NCBI GenBank assembly: GCA_000004695.1
Contig: CM000151.3
Span: 2,400,001 to 2,464,000, forward strand
From: Dictyostelium discoideum
Lineage: Eukaryota
DNA length: 64,000 nt
Direction: 5' to 3'
Part shown: piece by piece, positions 56,355 through 64,000 of the stretch
Layout: each line of letters begins with the position of its first letter
Position numbering within the stretch: position 1 is the first letter of the stretch
Program-made: the position numbers and the translations under genes
Notes under the pieces: generated by a model
The model's database searches: none
The model's input: only the letters and a program-made list of their open reading frames with translations
What the model was told of the DNA's origin: nothing

Positions 56355-56668
56355 CAATTTTATTTAATTAATCTGTGGTACGAATTAAAATCTTTATCTA
56401 TTAAAAAAACCAATTAATAATAAAAAATTAATTATATAATTAAAATACACATAAACAAATTGTTTTTTTGTATTAAATTCTTTTTTACTTCTTTAACATG
56501 TTTTTTATAAAAATAAAATATTTTTTTTTTATCATTTTTTTTTTTTTTTTTTTAATTAAAATTCTATACCACCCAATAAAAAAATCTTAATATATAATTA
56601 ACAAATGAAAACCCAATAAATATCCCTTGACAATTGTCAAATATTAATCAAAAAAAAAAAAAAAAAAA

Positions 56669-56719
<51 letters not shown>

Positions 56720-56930
56720 TAATTATAATATAAATAAAATAATAATAATAATTAATTTTTATATAAAAAAAGAGGGGAAATGGGACAGAGGAGAAAAATA
56801 AAAAAAAAAAAATTTTTAAAATTACAAAAAAAATAAAAAAAAAATCTTGTGTTAAATTTATAATCTTTTATTATTAACTTTATTTTATTTTTTTTTTTTT
56901 TTTTAATATTAAAAAGACCAGTAATTTTAA

Positions 56931-57617
56931 TTATTTAATTGGGTCAACATCAAAAGAGCAAACTAAAAAAGTATCAAACTCTATGATTGTTGAAAGACCG
57001 TTATAATGAATATCGTTAATACCATAACGATAAATACCATGAGGAGAATTTGAAATGTTAATTCTAGTTTTCTTATAGTCAAACCATTGTTTTTGCTCCT
57101 TGTACATGTATTGATATGCTTTGGTATAAATTGCCAATAAATCCAAAGAGGAAATTGGAATGTTTGGATCAGGTTTTGTGACTTTAATAACGGATTTCTT
57201 TAATTGATATTTACCAAAAACACAATAGACATGATCCACATATCTACCAACACCATACAGGTTTTTATCCTTGTCAACGATTAATTTGTCATTAATAAAT
57301 GACTCTGTTTTTTCATTTTTTAAATTACCATTTGATTCTGATAATAGCTTATTGAATTGAATTAATTCATTCTTATTCTTTATTGGTAATGAATTACTAT
57401 CGATTGATACAATACCTTGATTTTTAATCTTCTTTTTCTTTTCATTTAATTGATTATTTAATTTATTTTGAAAATTATCAATATCATTAACATTAGATGC
57501 TGGTGATGCACAAACTGGTAATATCTCTTTATCAATTTTTTGAATTTTTGATTTTGAAATTATTTTTCTTTCATCTTCTGATGCATTATCCATATAAATT
57601 TTATTAATTTCAAACAT
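56931..57617 (-). CDS. Hypothetical protein X1 (228 aa, intronless), in a tandem pair with X2
   Basis: ORF 56931-57617. It shares a C-terminal module with ORF 58351-58935: HVYC(V/F)...IKVT(K/R)PD(P/A)N...L(D/E)LLAIY(T/S)KA(Y/F)Q(Y/F)(M/I)Y(K/E)E...HG(I/R)Y(R)YGI...YNG(L/F)S....(F/Y)..F.C.F.VD. Confidence 0.45.
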   Translation of the reverse strand: MFEINKIYMDNASEDERKIISKSKIQKIDKEILPVCASPASNVNDIDNFQNKLNNQLNEKKKKIKNQGIVSIDSNSLPIKNKNELIQFNKLLSESNGNLKNEKTESFINDKLIVDKDKNLYGVGRYVDHVYCVFGKYQLKKSVIKVTKPDPNIPISSLDLLAIYTKAYQYMYKEQKQWFDYKKTRINISNSPHGIYRYGINDIHYNGLSTIIEFDTFLVCSFDVDPIK

Positions 57618-58002
57618 TTTATTTATTATTTGGTTATTTTTTATTATGAAACAATATTTTTTTTTTTTTTTTTTTTTGTTTTTTGTTTTTCAATTTATTT
57701 AAATTAAAATGAAAATGAAAATGAAAATTTCAATTTTAAAATCCTTATTTATAGTTTAATTTTAATATGAGGTTTTATTTTTAAAAAAAAAAAATAAAAA
57801 AAAAAAAAAAAATAAAAAAAAAAAAAAAAATAAAATAAAATAAAATAAAACAAAGTTTATTTTAAAGGTTATATATCATGTTCTATGGATCTTTTTTTAT
57901 GAAAAAAATTTCTAAAATAATACAAATATATATTTTTAGTAATCTTCCATTTTTGTTAAAATAAAAAAAAAATAATAAAAAAAAAAAAAAAAAAAATTTA
58001 AA

Positions 58003-58058
<56 letters not shown>

Positions 58059-58313
58059 CAATTCAAGAGGCAATATGAAAAAGAGCCAGGATCTTGGTGC
58101 TTAAAATGGAAATTATAAAAAATTTAATTAAAAAGATTAAAAGAAAATATAAATAAAAAAAAAAAAAAAAATCAAAATTTCTAAAAAAAAAAAACAAAAA
58201 AATTACAAAAATAGATTAAAAGAAAATTAAATAAAAAATAAAAAAAATAAAAAAATCTAAATTTTTCTATTTTTGTAATATTTTTTTTTTTTTTTAGATA
58301 TTTTATTTATTAT

Positions 58314-58350
<37 letters not shown>

Positions 58351-58356
<6 letters not shown>

Positions 58357-58935
58357 ATCTACTCTAAATTCACAAAAAATGAAATCTTTATAGATTAAAA
58401 CATCTGAAAAACCATTGTAAACTAAATCTGAAAGATCGTGACCCCAAATTCCATATCTGCCATGAGAAACACCTCTATTAAGCATACCTTGAATGTGACC
58501 AGGATTACCTACTTCTTTTTCCTCTTCTTCATAGATGAATTGAAAAGCTTTTGAATAAATTGCTAATAATTCAACATTGGTCAAGGGTTGTAATGAATTT
58601 GCATCTGGTCTTGTTACTTTAATAGTTACAGGATTTGCAGTATAGGCATCAATGAAACAATATACATGTTTAGTATTATCACCACCTTCAATTAATACAG
58701 TCTCTTTAAATAAATCATCGTCAGTTTGATTTGGTTGATTAAATGATTCTAATCCCCATGATTTTTTAGATAATGCATCTTCTTTTAAATAATTTTTATA
58801 ATTTTCTAATGTTGTAATTTGTTTATTTGGTGCACCAATATCTTTTAAAATATTTTCTAATTTTTTAATTGGTTTTAATCCTTCTATTTCTTTTAATTCT
58901 TCTGAATTTGCATCGCGAAATAAATAATTTTCCAT
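58351..58935 (-). CDS. Hypothetical protein X2 (194 aa, intronless), tandem paralog of X1
   Basis: ORF 58351-58935 (MENYLFRDANSEELKEIEGL...). Conserved motifs as listed for X1. Same strand, ~730 bp downstream of X1's start. Confidence 0.45.
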
Positions 58936-59038
58936 TTTATTTTATTTTTTTTTTTTTAACTTGCTCAACGATGAAGTTTGTGATGAATAATTATAAAAAA
59001 AATAAAAAAAAAAAAAAATAAAAAGTAGTGTGTTAAAG

Positions 59039-59070
<32 letters not shown>

Positions 59071-59563
59071 ATTTTTATTTCAAAAGAGTCTCGTTATATT
59101 TACTATTAATTATTAAATTCTTGGTAAAATCGATTTGTTTATGATAATAATAAAAAACTGATATTTTTTTTTTTTTGGGATTTTTTTTTTTTTTTGGGAA
59201 TTTTTTTTTTTTTTTTTTTAACTTTTTTATCAAAAAGAAATTTTATAATATTAAAAAAAAAAAAAAAAATAATAATATATTACAAAAAATTATTTATATT
59301 TAAGTATTATTATTTGTTTTTAAAACTAAATAAAAAAAAAAAAAAAAAATACCGTTTTGCACTCGAAAAAAATTTGTGTCAATTGTAATCCCTAAAAAAA
59401 GAGTATTATAAAAAGGTGTGTATTTTTTTAAAAAAAAATGTGTTGCTTTGCATCTTTTAAAATATCCAAAAAAAATTTTAAAAATGATTTGAATTTTATT
59501 AAAAAAAAAAAAAAAATATCTAGTAATAATTGGTTTGTGTAAGTGTAAATCCTTTTTTTTTTA

Positions 59564-60204
59564 TTAATTTATTATACAATTATTTTTTTCGGGGGATTGT
59601 GTTTTTTTTAGAGAAGTTTCTTCAATTCTATTTATACAAAGCTTTACTAAAGAGATAAAAGCCTCTTCAATGTTAATTGATTGTTTTGCACTTATTTCTT
59701 TGAATGGAATATCTAAAGAATCGGCAAATTCTTGAGCTAAAAAAGGGTCAACCACTTTTTGTGAGACTAAATCATTTTTATTTCCAATTATAATTTTAAT
59801 GACATTTTCATTTGCATATCTTCGGATATCTTCTATCCATGAGGGAACATTTTCAAATGATCTTTGATCTGTAACATCATAAACTATAATAACTCCATGA
59901 CAACCTCTATAATGTGAATTATGAACTCTAAATCGCTTTTCTCCAGCTGTATCCCAAATTTGAAGTTTTATTGGTTTACCTTCAATATAAACTGTCTTTA
60001 TTTTAAACTCAATACCAATTGTTATATGTGTTTCAGTAAATGTATCATCTGTAATTCTAAATAAAATGCTTGTTTTACCTTTTTTTTAATAATTAATAAT
60101 TAATTTATTTATTTAATTATTAATTATTATTATTTATTATTTATTGCAGTTAATATTTACCAACTCCACTATCACCTGCAAGTACAAATTTGAATAAGTG
60201 TCTA

Positions 60205-60247
<43 letters not shown>

Positions 60248-60318
60248 TTAATATTTTTTCAACAAAAAAAAAAAAGAAAAAAATAAAAAATAGATTCTTA
60301 CTCATATTCTTTACTCAT
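59564..60318 (-). CDS. Rab-family small GTPase (Rab1-like), 3 exons, 193 aa, with a non-canonical C-terminus ...SPEKNNCIIN
   Basis: - strand exons 60318-60302 (atg agt aaa gaa tat ga|gtaaga), 60210-60161 (E)HLFKFVLAGDSGVG|gtaaat, and 60078-59564 (K)TSILFRITDDTFTETHITIGIEFKIKTVYIEGKPIKLQIWDTAGEKRFR...YDVTDQRSFENV...IIGNKNDL...SAKQSINIEEAF...CIIN*. P-loop GDSGVGKTS, DTAGE, NKxD and SAK motifs are present. ORF track 59564-59755. Confidence 0.65.
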
Positions 60319-60372
60319 TTTAATTGTATTTTATAAAAATTATATTACATTTTTTTTTTCTTGAACCAAAAA

Positions 60373-60418
<46 letters not shown>

Positions 60419-60957
60419 GAATTTCAATATAATAAAAAAAAAAATTAAAAAAAAAATAAAAAAAATAAAAAAAAAAAAAAAAAAAAATCACCTGAGGGAT
60501 TTTAATAATAATAAACAAATAAATAATAATTGAAAAACAAAAAATAATAAACTTTATTTGTTTTTTTAAAAAAAAAAAAATTAATGGTCAATGATTTTTT
60601 TTTTTCTCTCAGTTAGTGTAGGGAAATTAAATTAAAAAATTCACTGGAAAGAAATTTTATTGAAAATTCCCTGCAACATTTACAATTTTCTTAATAAATT
60701 GGAAATTAAAAGACAAAACACAATTGTGTTAAAACCATTTTTTTAAGTAATCAAATTAATGCACTCATATTTCTTTTTAAACTGTATTATATAATATGTA
60801 ATATATATAATTATAATATAAACTTTTATTAAATATCAATGATAGGTTTAATTTAATGAAAATTATTATCATCAAGCTGTGTTGAATTAGTTCCTGTTGT
60901 TGCTGTTGTTTGTTGTTCAATAGGTAGTTTTAGATGATGAATCAATTATATTTGGTG

Positions 60958-61717
60958 TTAGCGACCAGTAATACAAGGACCTATAATTTCATTTTGGTAT
61001 TTTTTTCCTGCAACATTAGGCATTACAACACAATTAGAAATTTTACATTTTTTAATTAGATCACAATCTCCTACTATATGTCTATTTTAAAAAATAATAA
61101 TAATTTCATTAATAAGATATTAAAAAAACATTATTTAAAAAGAATATATATATACATACAAAACAAAACCTTTATCAGTCATCTTTGAAAAATTTAAATA
61201 ACCAATAGATGGATCAACAGTAAAACCAATTCCATCTATAAGTAAATAGTCAAGTTTAAATCTTGAAATTAATGATTGTTGTAATGTGAATTTTTGAATT
61301 GTTGCTTCTTTACCAGAGTTTATGAATTGGATTTCCATTGCATTGACTCTTTTATACCAATCTTGATTAATTGAATCTATTGAAAAATTCTTGTAACCTT
61401 TTTGAGACATTTCATTATGAATTTGAAAATTTATTAATTCTAAATTTGGGAATAAATCCATTGATGGTACATTTGTATCAATATGATTGAGTGATAAACT
61501 CAATGTATTTATATATGTATTTATTTTTGTTAGTTTTGGATATTTAAAACCAGGTAATGTTTTTTTAACAATTATTCTATTAATAACTCCCTCAAACCAA
61601 ATTGAACTTAATGGCACAGAAATTGAATTAAATTGAACAGTTTTCAATTTTTCTGGGGGACTAAAATTATCTGGGAAAGGTTGTTCTTGTTTTGAAACTT
61701 CTCTATATCAATTAGAG

Positions 61718-61767
<50 letters not shown>

Positions 61768-62186
61768 AAAATAATGAAATTATAACAAATGAGAGTAATT
61801 ATCATTTATATTTACAAAAGCTCTAAATTTTTTAATAAAGGAAGTGTTTTTTCATAAAATACGGTTTGTATTTGAATATTTTCTTCAATTATTAATTCAG
61901 ATAAATATCGAAAAATACTGAAATCATAAGAAACAAAAGATAATCTTGTAGAGTTTATTCTAATTGTAGTTATACCATATGTTTTTGGTTCATAAATAGG
62001 TGAACATACAAAACAACCATAAAAACAAATTTCTTCTAAAGTTTTTGCTTCAAAATTATAAAGTGATTTTAGAATACTTTTAGCAGCAAGAATTTCATTT
62101 ATGGGGAATTCATTTCTATCAGCACCAATACTTTGATAATTTATATAAAAACAAATTAAAATAAAAATTAGGTTAATATATTTCAT
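60958..62186 (-). CDS. Secreted hypothetical protein D1 (signal peptide plus a C-terminal Cys-rich tail GDCDLIKKCKISNCVVMPNV...GPCITGR), 3 exons
   Basis: - strand exons 62186-61816 (MKYINLIFILICFYINYQSIGA...KNLELL, donor ctttt|gtaaat, phase 2), 61702-61170 (LEVSKQEQPF...MKTVQFNS...SKMTDK, acceptor tgatatag, donor aaag|gttttg, phase 1) and 61070-60958 (acceptor atagtag, ...CITGR*, TAA 60960-60958). ORF track 61812-62186, 61135-61647. Confidence 0.5.
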
Positions 62187-62992
62187 TTTTTTATAAAATT
62201 TAATTTTAAATAAAAAAATAAAAAACTAATTTCAAATTATTTATAAAGGAAAAAAAAAAAAAATAAAAATAAAAAAAACAACAATAATTAAAATTAAAAA
62301 AAAATAATAATAATTAAAATTATATAAAAATAATAATAAATGAATTATAATATAATTTTATTAAGACATATAATTCTTGATAAATGATAATTTATATCCA
62401 ACCCCTTTAAAAATATTTACACAGAAATAATCACACCTTGACCTACACACATAAACACAGAAATAATCACACCCCCCCACTAAAATTTTTTTTGCTATTG
62501 TTTTAAGACTATATATCATAATGATTAAAAGTATGGCTTTAAATATTAGTGAATGGTAATAAATTTTAATTCAACCCCAATTAACACTTCACACGGATAC
62601 AATCTCACCCTCACCTGCACATACCCCACTAAAATTATTTTTTTTTTTTCCAAATTTTAAAAACTATTTTAATAATAAATAATATGTTTATTGTATCGAT
62701 TAAAAGTATGGTATAATTAATAGATCGAAATAATTTCATAATAATTACACTAATTTATTTAAAACATCCTAGATTTATGAAACTGTTTATGGATGCAATT
62801 TAATTAAAATTTTTAAATATTTGTGATATAAAGAAAAACATTATAAAATATTAAATTCTAAAATTAAATAAAAATGATCAATTTTTTAATTTTAAAGAAG
62901 GGAGGGGATCAGATTTAGTGCTAAAGATAATCCTCTTACATTGCTATTACCATTGTGGAGTTGGAAAGCCAAACATTCCATTTTTTTTTTTT

Positions 62993-63784
62993 TTAATAAA
63001 CAATCAAATAATCAACTGGTGTTACCGAGGTAGTTTTACAACAAATATTTCTAAATGTATTATGTGAGGTTGATGTAACAGTAGGTAGTACAACACAATT
63101 TGTAACTTTACATTCATTAACCAGATCACAAGTTCCATTTATTTTCCTATTTTAAAAATAAAAAATATTATAAATTACATTAATAATACATAAAAAAAAA
63201 ATTTTTAAAAGCAATATATTTATACATATAAATCAATACCATATATATCATCCATCTTTGAAAAATTATTAAATAAATAACCAATAGATGGATCAAGAGT
63301 AAAACTAATTCCTTTGAAAACCAACCAACAAAGTTTAAATTTTGAAATTAATGATTGTTGTGATGTGAATTTTTGAATTGTTGCTTCATTACCAGAGTTA
63401 ATGAAATTGAACTCCAATGCCACATTTATATACTCGATTAATTGAATCAATTGAAAAATTCTTGTAACCTTTTTGAGACATTTCATTATAAATTCCAAAT
63501 CCCAATCCTAATAAATTTTTGATTAATTTCAATGATGGTACATTACTATCAATATGATTGAGTGTCAAATATAAATCCATTTATATTTAAATTTATATTT
63601 TTTTTGTTAATTTTGGATATATAAAACCAGGTAATGTATTATAAACATATAATGAATAAATATTTGCCTAAAACCAAATTGAACTTAATGGTACAAAAAT
63701 TGAATTAAATTGAACTCCTGACAATTTATCTGGGATATTAAATTTATCTGGGAAAGGATGTTCTTGGTTTGAAATTTCTCTATT

Positions 63785-63843
<59 letters not shown>

Positions 63844-64000
63844 AAAATAATGTTATTATAACAAAGTTGAGTAATTATAATACATATTTACAATTTTTTT
63901 AAATTTTTTAATAAAGGGAGTGTTTCATTATAAAACAAAGTTGTTAGTTGAACTTTTTCACCAATTACTAATTTAGTTAAGGATTTAAAAACATTGGGAT
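62993..64000 (-). CDS. Paralog D2 of D1 (partial; the N-terminus lies beyond the window end); the last-exon junction is out of phase by 1 nt
   Basis: 63220-63498 ORF (...QKFTSQQSLISKFKL...FTLDPSIGYLFNNFSKMDDIYG). The last exon is ~63146-62993: KINGTCDLVNECKVTNCVVLPTV...NICCKTT...*. 63860-64000 is homologous to the D1 exon-1 end (TLPLLKNL). The donor tatg|gtattg is phase 1, but the only acceptor (aaaatag|gaaaat) leaves the frame 1 nt short. Confidence 0.35.

Noticed and set aside
62400-62720. C-rich islands, examined as possible tRNA genes
   Set aside because: I could not find a cloverleaf or a conserved A/B box (GTGGCNNAGTGG / GGTTCGANTCC).

Overview
This is AT-rich (~78% A+T) eukaryotic nuclear DNA that looks like Dictyostelium: long A/T homopolymers, (AAT)n/(ATT)n microsatellites, poly-N/Q/T coding tracts, and short GT..AG introns of about 70-180 bp. 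The ORF track allows TTG/GTG starts, so I placed real starts and exon junctions by reading across paralogs. The window is a gene-family-rich accessory region with four main blocks.

1. An array of five paralogous genes for large (~1380-1420 aa) type-I membrane glycoproteins. Each has a signal peptide, an N-glycosylation-rich ectodomain, a Thr/Pro linker, an EGF-like Cys module, one transmembrane helix and a short basic tail; they may be IPT/TIG or Tgr-like adhesion or recognition proteins. Three near-identical direct copies start at 265, 8810 and 14215. A divergent pair lies convergently at 20797-25625 (+) and 34759-29907 (-). The paralogs share identical blocks that alternate with divergent ones. 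The divergent pair carries an extra intron containing an (ATT)n repeat. Copy 4 has an in-frame TAA before the TM helix; copy 5 has a +1 homopolymer frameshift. A deleted relic of the same family sits at 7150-7495.

2. A decayed importin-alpha-like locus with an internal ~750 bp inversion flanked by a 33-bp inverted repeat, and a second disrupted P-loop-like gene.

3. A run of ordinary genes: a 1536-aa beta-propeller plus C-terminal RING-H2 protein (Vps8/Vps41-like), a CBM20+GDPD phosphodiesterase, and a RING/TRAF-zinc-finger/FNIP-repeat protein.

4. A tandem triplet of cytochrome P450 genes whose intron positions differ between copies. It is followed by a tandem pair of unknown paralogs, a Rab1-like GTPase with an unusual CIIN C-terminus, and a tandem pair of secreted Cys-rich paralogs.

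Three separate genes (copy 5, P450-C, D2) have 1-nt frameshifts in homopolymer runs. These could be real pseudogenisation or homopolymer sequencing error. I found no rRNA, tRNA or CRISPR.
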